This document shows positions 7,267-14,989 of a DNA stretch of 64,000 nucleotides, piece after piece (position 1 is the stretch's first letter; every line of letters begins with the position of its first letter). The stretch spans positions 1 through 64,000 of the forward strand of contig JBBTQX010000003.1 in assembly GCA_038065455.1 (NCBI GenBank), given 5' to 3'. The notes under the pieces were generated by a model. That model saw only the letters and a list, made by a program, of their open reading frames with translations, made no database searches and had not been told where the DNA came from. This stretch comes from Patescibacteria group bacterium. Its GTDB lineage: Bacteria > Patescibacteriota > Minisyncoccia > UBA6257 > GWB1-50-10. Both the position numbers and the translations under genes were made by a program.

Positions 7267-10200
7267 TTATTTGATGTTCAACGGAATGCCTTTTTCGTTT
7301 GTTTCGACCTGATTCAGCCATTCGCTCGCGTCATGGCGAGGCGCAACGAGATGATAGGAAATTTCGAGATTTCGAGATTTCGAGATTTCGAGATTAGACG
7401 GTTCTCCAAATATCACAATTTGTTTTTGAGCGGGATTTATTTCATACCACGCGCGGCCGTTGAACTGCGGAGTGAGCAAGACCTCGATATCTTTCATATT
7501 CTTGCCTTCGGCGATTGTTTGCCAGAAAAGCCATAAGTCGCTGCCCTTTTCTACATCATTAAAATCAATAATATATTCGTATTTGGAATTTATTTGGGAT
7601 TTGGTGCTTGGTGCTTGTAATTTGGCTTTGCCATACACCTCCTCTTTTTGTCCGATTGTATTTGAAACATAGGTCGCATATTTCACTCCGCCGATCTGAT
7701 AAACCGGGTCGATGGTCGTCACATAAAGCTTGTTCACGCCCGAAATATCCTTGCCGTTCATATTGAGATTGCCGGACATTGAATCGCCGGTTTTTAGAAC
7801 ATATCCGCTTGTTGAGCTTGAGGTTGTAATTCCAGCATTCGTGATGGCATCGCTCACATACTGCACCGAGGCCGCGTCAGTCGAGATAGCCGGATAGCCG
7901 AGACCTATAATCTTCTGGCTACCGACATCAATGGCGGGCTGCGCGCCCGGAGTGATTACCAATTTAGCAGTGGTGGGCGTTGTCGTCCCGATGCCGACGT
8001 TGCCTCCTTGTTTAACAGTAAACCTGTTTGTAGTGCCAGCTTCATTAATTTCAAAAGCAACACCAACTAACTGATTTACTCCATACGACCAATCTACTAC
8101 ATCATCACTTCCTACAACTTCATTTACTGCAATTCCGTCTACACTATCAGTCCTCTTAAACCTCAATTTTTGACCTTGACTAGCACCTGCAATTTCCAAT
8201 TTTACATTCGGACTCACTGTCCCGATGCCGACGTTGCCGGTTCCCGCTATGGTTAATGCTTCGGTCATAGTTCCTCCTGGTCTTACACGGAAAGAAATTG
8301 GCTGATCGTTGTTCCAGTTCTCTACTTGTAACTTTGTGGAGGTTGCCACTAAATCCATAGATCCACTCGTTCCGAAATAAACATATCCCCCGTTCGCTCT
8401 AATATCACCGCTAACATCCAGCTTATAACTCGGCCCCGTCGTCCCGATGCCGACTCTATCATTCGTGGCATCAATATACATCACATTGGCGGTGGTGTTA
8501 TAGTGCTGGAATTCAAAGTTGCCCTTCGTGGAGTTGGAACCGAAGACGCCGGCCGAGACATAGGAGGCGTTGATCGTTTGAGAACCGCCGGCAAAGGCGG
8601 TGGTTTGGACGGTATTGTCGGGGAATCTGAAGCCGCCGGTTACGGAGTAGATGACGCCGTTTACGGTCAGAGGATAGCCGGGGGTGGTGGTGGCGATGCC
8701 GACGGAGCCGTTTGACAGCATTGTCACATATGCATTGCCGTTATTTGTAAACAACTGCAGATATCCGCTTGCGGATGAATTACCAATAATCGAGTTGGCA
8801 CCGCTTTGCTGTAACAATAAATTTGCGCTGTCTGTCACTAAATTCATATCTGCTGTTGCTGAATTGTATATGGACAGTTTTTGTGATGGAGTTGTTGTCG
8901 CGATACCGACGTTGCCGCTGATAAAGGTGTTGTGTGCCACAATGTCATTGCCGATGAAATTATGAGTGCCTTCAATTTCTATATCATAAACCTGTTCTTC
9001 GCCGACTTTTTCAATGGAGGAAACCTTAGCCCACACCATATCGGAGTTATCCCCAACAGGATTTGACAAGAACGCACCCGGGGAATACAGTGGGGTGAGT
9101 AACGGTACCCCGGTTCTAAAAGCCGGGGCGTTTTTTTGTTCGCCCAGCCCGATCATCGACTGAATCTTGTCAAAATATACATGCTGTCGCTGGCGCAGTT
9201 CCCATGCCATATTTTCCTCAAAACCCATAAAGAGAATTTTCTTTCGTCCTTGAAGCACGGGGGCTATGGCAGCGATATAATCGCTGTCCCCGCTTACCAC
9301 TATTACCGCATCCAACTCGGCAAGGCGCCCCATGATGTCAACCACAATCTCCGCATCCATGCTCCCCTTCTTCTTGTATGCGAGGTTTTCCTCGTCGCGG
9401 ATATACTTCAGCGATTTTGATTTTATCTCCATGAAATCACCGTATGCGCGTCGGAGTTCACGCACAAACGCCTGCGTGCGCAAGAACGCGCTGTCGCGCT
9501 TGCCCGGAATCGTAAGGTAGTAGTTCACGAATCTGACATCAAAGAGGGTCTCCCAAAACATCTTCAATTTTGCGTAATCCACGCGCCAGCCGGCATTGCG
9601 CTGGGCATAAAACATATTGGCGTCATCAATAAACACGCCGAGTTTTGGTTTGGGGACCGCGATGAAGTCGCCTTTCCGAATATCGGCTACGGTTAGCCAG
9701 CCCGCCCCTGGAATCGGGGAGGGATGACGCGGCGATCTTCCTTGAGTATTTTGCGCCAGATACGGATGCTCTGCTGTGGTGCGGATTTCTCTTCCGTCTT
9801 CGGTCTTGAGGCGATAGGTGGTTTTAACGCCCATATCCAACAAGGCGTTCACTTTGCTCCAAACAATGCGGCCGGTGGCTTCATCGAGTGAGGCAATCTC
9901 ATCTCCGGCTTGAATGTCTTTAATCGCGACCTCGTTTTCCTCTTCTATCCATTCGTCGTTCTTGCCTTTGCGTCGGCGTTTGCGGCGGAGCTTGGTATCT
10001 CCGGTCACGCACTGCCCGACAACGTGGAGAGGCGCGGCAGGAGTGGTCGTCCCGATGCCGACGTAGCCGGTACTTAACATCGTCAATTGTTCCGTTAACA
10101 CACCGCTGCCATTTCTGGCTCCAACTACAAATGCTGAATCTCCATTAGTCGCATTCACAAGTCGCGAGCCAAGCATAACGCTTGTATCATTGTCAGGCCC

Positions 10201-12027
10201 TGAAAATTTCAATAACGTGAGATTCCCGGCAGTATTATTAGTATTTGAAAGTTTTGCCACCGCCGTTGAGTTAATACTCATAGCGGCGGTTTCAGCGATA
10301 TTTTGTGAAACTTGTAATTTATTGTATGGTGCTGTTATTCCGATGCCGACGTTGCCGCTTGCTCCTAAAATCGTGAACCTATTTACCGCGTTAGCAGTAC
10401 TGTTATTTTGGCTAATGTAAAAGTCCGCGGTTTCACTGCCGGCCGCATTCTGATATGAGCGTAAATAGACTCCTCCGCGATCTCCATAAATGCCAAGATT
10501 CAACGCCGCACCATTTCCAAGACCTGCGCCGCCAGCCGCAACTCCGATAATCCGCGCAGAACCAAGATCAGAAGGTGCACGGAGAAGTGAGCTATTAAAT
10601 CCTCCAACATCAAGTTGGTATGCCGGCCCCGTCGTCCCGATGCCGACTCTATCATTCGTGGCATCAATATACATCACGTTGGCGGTGGTGTTGGAGTGCT
10701 GGAATTCGTAGTTGCCCTTGGATGAGTTGGAGCCGAAGACGCCGGCCGAGACATAGGAAGCATTAATTGTTTGAGAACCCCCAGCGAAAGCAGTGGTTTG
10801 GGTAGTGCCATCGGGGAAGCGGTAGCCGCCGGTTACGGAGTAGATGACGCCGTTTACGGTCAGAGGATAGCCGGGGGTGGTGGTGGCGATGCCGACGTTG
10901 CCGGCTTTATCTATCAACATTCTTGTTGTATTCGATACACCGGAACTATGAGTTACAAATCCAATTTGATCACTTTGACCATCAGTATCCACTTTAAAAT
11001 ATATGTTCGATGTCCCGCTTCCATCTGCAAACGAGCCACCAGCGCCATATAATCCAATATAGTGATACGCATTAGCGCCGCCAAGACTATTCAATCCCAA
11101 AGCAATATTTCCATTTACGTCTAATTTCGACAGAGGCCCCGCCGTCCCGATGCCGACGTTGCCGGTTCCCGCTATGGTTAATGCTTCGGTCATAGTTCCT
11201 CCTGGTCTTACACGGAAAGAAATTGGCTGATCGTTGTTCCAGTTCTCTACTTGTAACTTTGTGGAGGTTGCCACTAAATCCATAGATCCACTCGTTCCGA
11301 AATAAACATATCCCCCGTTCGCTCTAATATCACCGCTAACATCCAGCTTATAACTCGGCCCCGTCGTCCCGATGCCGACCGAACCGCTGAAATATCCGCC
11401 ACCGGCGACGGTGAGTGATTGGGGCAGATTGGATGTGGTCGAAGTGCCGACGGCCAAGCTCAAAGGAAAGGCGTAGTTCGCGCTCTGAAAAGTCCCGCCG
11501 CCGATATTCGAGGCGATAATGCCGCTAATATTCGTGGCGTTGCCGTAATATGAGCCGGTTGTCTTTATGTTTCCACCAACAGTAAGGCGGGCGGTAACTC
11601 CCGCGCCAGTAGAAGTGGCCTTATCGCCAATCGCCACATCGCCATATTGGTTGATATCCATCACTACGTAACCAGGGAGAGTGGCTGACTCGCGATAAAG
11701 CTGGAGATTGCCGAAGTTGCGCGCCGACCAGACATAGGTATTGCCCGAGGTGAGATTTCTTAAACTAAGCCCTGGATTCGTAGTTGAAGCGACCGTGAAA
11801 ACGTAACCAAACGTGCTTGGCCCGCTCTCAGTCGAGGTAGTGTTGAAAGTACTGACCGGCGCAGGACTAGCCGTACCGAAACCGATGTTCAAACTCGCAT
11901 CAACCTTGAAAAGGCCGCCACCCGAGCCGGGCGTCTGGCCCACCGAAGGACCGATGAAGGCTTGCGCTGAAGGCAAAATTAAAAAACTAATAACAAAAAT
12001 CGAAACAGATAAAAAGTTTTTTTTCAT
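7267..12027 (-). CDS. Large secreted GNVGIGTT-repeat fibre/adhesin-like protein containing an intein
   Basis: Signal peptide ending AQA, about 11 G(N/S/Y)VGI(G/A)TT junctions separating variable modules, and Hint-domain motifs at aa 673-1033. Confidence 0.9.
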   Translation of the reverse strand: MKKNFLSVSIFVISFLILPSAQAFIGPSVGQTPGSGGGLFKVDASLNIGFGTASPAPVSTFNTTSTESGPSTFGYVFTVASTTNPGLSLRNLTSGNTYVWSARNFGNLQLYRESATLPGYVVMDINQYGDVAIGDKATSTGAGVTARLTVGGNIKTTGSYYGNATNISGIIASNIGGGTFQSANYAFPLSLAVGTSTTSNLPQSLTVAGGGYFSGSVGIGTTGPSYKLDVSGDIRANGGYVYFGTSGSMDLVATSTKLQVENWNNDQPISFRVRPGGTMTEALTIAGTGNVGIGTAGPLSKLDVNGNIALGLNSLGGANAYHYIGLYGAGGSFADGSGTSNIYFKVDTDGQSDQIGFVTHSSGVSNTTRMLIDKAGNVGIATTTPGYPLTVNGVIYSVTGGYRFPDGTTQTTAFAGGSQTINASYVSAGVFGSNSSKGNYEFQHSNTTANVMYIDATNDRVGIGTTGPAYQLDVGGFNSSLLRAPSDLGSARIIGVAAGGAGLGNGAALNLGIYGDRGGVYLRSYQNAAGSETADFYISQNNSTANAVNRFTILGASGNVGIGITAPYNKLQVSQNIAETAAMSINSTAVAKLSNTNNTAGNLTLLKFSGPDNDTSVMLGSRLVNATNGDSAFVVGARNGSGVLTEQLTMLSTGYVGIGTTTPAAPLHVVGQCVTGDTKLRRKRRRKGKNDEWIEEENEVAIKDIQAGDEIASLDEATGRIVWSKVNALLDMGVKTTYRLKTEDGREIRTTAEHPYLAQNTQGRSPRHPSPIPGAGWLTVADIRKGDFIAVPKPKLGVFIDDANMFYAQRNAGWRVDYAKLKMFWETLFDVRFVNYYLTIPGKRDSAFLRTQAFVRELRRAYGDFMEIKSKSLKYIRDEENLAYKKKGSMDAEIVVDIMGRLAELDAVIVVSGDSDYIAAIAPVLQGRKKILFMGFEENMAWELRQRQHVYFDKIQSMIGLGEQKNAPAFRTGVPLLTPLYSPGAFLSNPVGDNSDMVWAKVSSIEKVGEEQVYDIEIEGTHNFIGNDIVAHNTFISGNVGIATTTPSQKLSIYNSATADMNLVTDSANLLLQQSGANSIIGNSSASGYLQLFTNNGNAYVTMLSNGSVGIATTTPGYPLTVNGVIYSVTGGFRFPDNTVQTTAFAGGSQTINASYVSAGVFGSNSTKGNFEFQHYNTTANVMYIDATNDRVGIGTTGPSYKLDVSGDIRANGGYVYFGTSGSMDLVATSTKLQVENWNNDQPISFRVRPGGTMTEALTIAGTGNVGIGTVSPNVKLEIAGASQGQKLRFKRTDSVDGIAVNEVVGSDDVVDWSYGVNQLVGVAFEINEAGTTNRFTVKQGGNVGIGTTTPTTAKLVITPGAQPAIDVGSQKIIGLGYPAISTDAASVQYVSDAITNAGITTSSSTSGYVLKTGDSMSGNLNMNGKDISGVNKLYVTTIDPVYQIGGVKYATYVSNTIGQKEEVYGKAKLQAPSTKSQINSKYEYIIDFNDVEKGSDLWLFWQTIAEGKNMKDIEVLLTPQFNGRAWYEINPAQKQIVIFGEPSNLEISKSRNLEISYHLVAPRHDASEWLNQVETNEKGIPLNIK
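7361..7392. repeat. Tandem octamer (ATTTCGAG)x4 inside coding sequence
   Basis: Four perfect copies, read on the minus strand as NLEISKSRNLEI. Confidence 0.9.
7581..7625. repeat. Heptamer-periodic repeat inside coding sequence
   Basis: ATTTGGAATTTATTTGGGATTTGGTGCTTGGTGCTTGTAATTTGG encodes KLQAPSTKSQINSK. Same style as the four-helix-bundle flanks. Confidence 0.7.
8219..8454. repeat. Module A, copy 2 (236 bp direct repeat of 11144-11379)
   Basis: Identical by visual comparison; bounded at both ends by GTCCCGATGCCGAC. Confidence 0.92.
8431..8704. repeat. Module B, copy 2 (274 bp imperfect repeat of 10624-10897)
   Basis: Ends identical, middle diverged mostly at synonymous sites. Confidence 0.9.
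8929..10011 (-). mobile_element. Intein (361 aa) with an inserted NYN-domain nuclease
   Basis: Block A Q/CVTGDT, block B IRTTAEHPYL, block F VYDIEIEGTHNF, block G IVAHN/T. The insert at about 9150-9642 has the NYN motifs FIDDAN, KKGSMD and SGDSDY. Confidence 0.92.
9047..9137 (+). ncRNA. Putative antisense small-RNA unit inside the intein
   Basis: TTATCCCCA (9047-9055), TTGACA (9063-9068), 17-bp spacer, TACAGT (9086-9091), then hairpin CCCCGGTT-CTAAA-AGCCGGGG and T7 (9131-9137). Confidence 0.6.
10624..10897. repeat. Module B, copy 1
   Basis: Pairs with 8431-8704; part of it also resembles the ORF at 1-331. Confidence 0.9.
11144..11379. repeat. Module A, copy 1
   Basis: Identical to 8219-8454. 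Confidence 0.92.
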
Positions 12028-12561
12028 TTACGGCAGAATGATTAATTTTCCGCTGATTATTTTTCCATTGGGACAAGAATCCCGGCAAGAAAAATCATAC
12101 GTGCCGGAATCCGAAGGCGTAAAAGTTATCTTGCCTATTTTTCCACTAGAGGCCGAAACATAAAAACCAGCCGACCGGGAAAAAATATCGAAGTTTCCGC
12201 CCGAAGCCATGAGATTTATCTCCACTACGTCGCCTTTGTTGGCGACGATTTCGGAAGGATTGTAACCCGAAACCGAAACGTTCACGTTAAAGACTTTGTA
12301 ATTCGAAACGTTACTGCCGGAAGATTTGCTCGTTATCGGGATATCCTGTGAGGGCTTAGTCAGCTCCGCATTTTTGGGAACCTCATTCGTGAAGCCGGTT
12401 TTTTCCCCGCTTTTCGGAGTCGAGGTCGCGGTAATTTCGCCGGCCTGGCCGCCCGGGGAAACCGGCCCGCCGCCATTTTTTTTCGTTAAAACCCCCACGG
12501 CTACTCCCACCAAAACCACCACTCCGAAGACAGCAATAATAGTGGCTTGTTTTCTAGTCAT
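12028..12561 (-). CDS. Membrane-anchored cupredoxin-fold protein
   Basis: TM helix, linker, YNPSEIVANKGDVVEINL...SGTYDFSCRDSCP..GKLII. Its stop abuts the ATG of the fibre gene. Confidence 0.8.
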   Translation of the reverse strand: MTRKQATIIAVFGVVVLVGVAVGVLTKKNGGGPVSPGGQAGEITATSTPKSGEKTGFTNEVPKNAELTKPSQDIPITSKSSGSNVSNYKVFNVNVSVSGYNPSEIVANKGDVVEINLMASGGNFDIFSRSAGFYVSASSGKIGKITFTPSDSGTYDFSCRDSCPNGKIISGKLIILP

Positions 12562-12600
12562 TACTTTAATTGTAGCAGACGGGCATCCATAAACACCTCT

Positions 12601-12624
12601 CCAAGCGACGTCAGACGTTGCTCA
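12601..12624. repeat. REP-like palindrome, left inverted repeat of the RAYT gene
   Basis: CCAAGCGACGTCAGACGTTGCTCA; its reverse complement matches 13385-13408 at 23 of 24 positions. Confidence 0.88.
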
Positions 12625-13329
12625 TTCAAAGGAGGAGTCCCCAATCTCATCACAATCAATTTCTTTTAGCCACTTCCTGGTATTTTCCTCAAACTGTTCT
12701 GGGCCACCCAATAGTTCTGAAAGGAGTTGCCGCTGAGTTGCCGAAGGGAAATTTCGTTTGCCGATGTAGTCTCTATAACTACTCCACCTGTAATTTTCCA
12801 AGAATCTCATTGCCTTCTTATAGTCAGTGATTTCTCTCGAGCGCCATTCGGGCATAACTAAGTCCAGCGGATTGAAATGGATGTAAAAAGGTAAATGGAG
12901 GAAATGCGCATCCCTAGTGACGGCCACGGATTTGTACCGCCCCTCAAATAAAGTCCCTTTTCTCTCATACTTTATATTGAAATATTTAGCGTAACCGCCG
13001 TTTAACTTCTTAATAAACTCGGGAATACTGCTCTCACTTTTTGATTTGATCAGTAAATGATAGTGGTTAGGCATCAAACAAAAAGCTAGCATCTCCACCA
13101 TTAATTCTTTTGGCTTATCGCTGTCCGCTATTTCCGAGCGACGTCTGACGTTACTTGAAGACTTTCTCCGCTGAAGATTAAAAATTCTAACACTCGAGTT
13201 GGCGTCGTTAAAACCGCAGAGGTCATCTATAAATCTCAGATAATCGCTGTCACCTAAGAAAATTTTTCTCTTATCAACTCCCCTGTTAAGGACGTGGTAA
13301 ATTCCGCCCCCGATCAATTTGCCCCTCAT
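12622..13329 (-). CDS. HUH Y1 transposase, REP-associated (RAYT / IS200-like Y1_Tnp)
   Basis: YHVLNRG..K..IF, AFCLMPNHYHLL (HUH), LFEGRYKS, YIHFNP and YRWSSY motifs. Confidence 0.92.
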   Translation of the reverse strand: MRGKLIGGGIYHVLNRGVDKRKIFLGDSDYLRFIDDLCGFNDANSSVRIFNLQRRKSSSNVRRRSEIADSDKPKELMVEMLAFCLMPNHYHLLIKSKSESSIPEFIKKLNGGYAKYFNIKYERKGTLFEGRYKSVAVTRDAHFLHLPFYIHFNPLDLVMPEWRSREITDYKKAMRFLENYRWSSYRDYIGKRNFPSATQRQLLSELLGGPEQFEENTRKWLKEIDCDEIGDSSFE

Positions 13330-13359
13330 TTATAAATTATAACAAGTGGACGTTTCTGA

Positions 13360-14349
13360 CTAAGATTGACTAGTTTTTCTATTTTGAGCAACGTCTGACA
13401 TCGCTTGGTTTTTCAGATAATCGTAGATATTGAGCACTGCTTTGGCCGCATCGCCGGTCGAGATGTTGTTCTGACGATAGAGGCCGTCCGTCGCATCCCC
13501 CGCCGCCCAGATACCCACACAGGAAGTGGCTTGGGTTTTGGAATCGGTCACCACCTCCCCCCGAAGATTCAGAGAGACGATGTCTTTCACGAGGTCGGTG
13601 TTGGGAACAATGCCGATTTCGACGAAGATGCCGTCGGCGGATATTTTTTTGATTTCTCCGGATACATTGTCTTTGTATTCCAAGCCGGCAACGGTTTTAT
13701 CTCCCAGAATTTTTTGCGTTTCGGCATTATAAATTATTTCCACTTTCGGATTGGTTTTGATTTTTTCCTGAGTCACGGTATCGCCCTTCAATTCGTCACG
13801 ACGGTGAAGCAGATAGATTTTCGAGGCGTAGGGTAAAAGGTCAATAACGGCTTCAAGACCGGCATTACCCCCACCCACCACAGCCGCGATTTTTCCACCC
13901 ATAAGCGGCGCATCGCACGTAGCACAAAAGAAAACACCCTTGCCTTCCAATTCTTTTTCACCCGGCACTTCGAGCCTCTTCCGCCGGCTGCCGGCAGTGA
14001 AAAGAACGGTTTTCGTTTCGAAGGTCTTGCCGTTTTTCGTTTGGACGGAAAAATTAGGGACGTCGGATGTCCCGAAGACATCCGACGTCCTTATTACAGC
14101 GACGAGATCGTCTTCGATGATTTCTATCCCCTCCTGCGCCTTCAGGTGCTTTTCGAATTTTTGCGCCAATTCAAATCCCGAAATGTGCGGCTCGCCTATC
14201 CAATTCTGGATATCATCCGAGACCAGCGACTGACCGCCAAAAATATCCGTTATTAAAACGGTTTTCATTTTTTTCCGCGCGGCATAAATACCAGCGGCCA
14301 CTCCGGCCGGACCGCCGCCCACAATCACCAAGTCGTAAATGTTTTCCAT
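13360..14349 (-). CDS. trxB: Thioredoxin-disulfide reductase
   Basis: GGGPAG, CATCD active site, GGGNAG, HRRD and WAAGD. Confidence 0.92.
   Translation of the reverse strand: MENIYDLVIVGGGPAGVAAGIYAARKKMKTVLITDIFGGQSLVSDDIQNWIGEPHISGFELAQKFEKHLKAQEGIEIIEDDLVAVIRTSDVFGTSDVPNFSVQTKNGKTFETKTVLFTAGSRRKRLEVPGEKELEGKGVFFCATCDAPLMGGKIAAVVGGGNAGLEAVIDLLPYASKIYLLHRRDELKGDTVTQEKIKTNPKVEIIYNAETQKILGDKTVAGLEYKDNVSGEIKKISADGIFVEIGIVPNTDLVKDIVSLNLRGEVVTDSKTQATSCVGIWAAGDATDGLYRQNNISTGDAAKAVLNIYDYLKNQAMSDVAQNRKTSQS
13385..13408. repeat. REP-like palindrome, right inverted repeat, within the trxB 3' end
   Basis: TGAGCAACGTCTGACATCGCTTGG; another copy lies inside the transposase at 13138-13154. Confidence 0.88.
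14057..14090. repeat. REP-like doublet inserted in frame in trxB
   Basis: GGACGTCGGATGTC-CCGAA-GACATCCGACGTCC, a perfect 14-bp stem encoding RTSDVFGTSDVP. Confidence 0.85.
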
Positions 14350-14376
14350 AATTTTAGTTTATTATTTTGCTCATTT

Positions 14377-14964
14377 TTAAAAATTGGTTTTTTCAAACTC
14401 GAAAATCTCAGAATCCCTAATAAGGAAGGTTTTGTTAGTTGAGGCGGTTAAGCCTTTATTAGGGTCTAAGCTAAAACCTAGATATATGCAATATACACCC
14501 CTATTCTTTACCTCTTTTATGGCAGGTTGTAAGTCCGAATCAGAACTAGCCAAAATAATATTGTTTACTTTTTTGTCACACGACCAAGTAACCATATCCA
14601 CGGCAATTTTTACATCAACACCCTTCTCTTTAAAAATCTTTATCTTTTTCCCAAGAAAACCGTCCCCAAGCTGGCCTCTTACTCTGCCGGCAAACTCAAC
14701 TTCAAATTCCTGCCTTTCAAGATGGGTTTTTAGCAAGCGCTGCTCCTGAATTAACTCTTGGGATTTTTTAAGCGTAGCCGGATCTTCTTTTATTCTTCCA
14801 AAATAGAAGATTTTCCTATCGATATTTACACCATATAAAACTTTTCCAAAAATACCCTTAAAATCGTATTCGTGCCAAATCGGCTCTTTTCTTCCATAAG
14901 ATAAAAAAACGGATTTCATTTTACGTTTAAAATTCTCTCCGTCTATCAATAAAACCGATTCCAT
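14377..14964 (-). CDS. NYN-domain (LabA/DUF88, PIN-like) protein
   Basis: LIDGEN, KEKGVDVKIAVDM and LASSDSDL motifs. Confidence 0.92.
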   Translation of the reverse strand: MESVLLIDGENFKRKMKSVFLSYGRKEPIWHEYDFKGIFGKVLYGVNIDRKIFYFGRIKEDPATLKKSQELIQEQRLLKTHLERQEFEVEFAGRVRGQLGDGFLGKKIKIFKEKGVDVKIAVDMVTWSCDKKVNNIILASSDSDLQPAIKEVKNRGVYCIYLGFSLDPNKGLTASTNKTFLIRDSEIFEFEKTNF

Positions 14965-14989
14965 ATATAAATAGTAGGCTTAATTGATT

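Noticed and set aside
8431-10897. DGR template/variable repeat pair (imperfect repeat plus an Avd-like four-helix gene nearby)
   Set aside because: Mismatches are mostly synonymous and not adenine-specific, both copies are coding, and there is no reverse transcriptase in the window.
7267-12027. Prophage tail-fibre gene
   Set aside because: It has a Sec-type signal peptide, and no capsid, terminase, portal or integrase genes are in the window.
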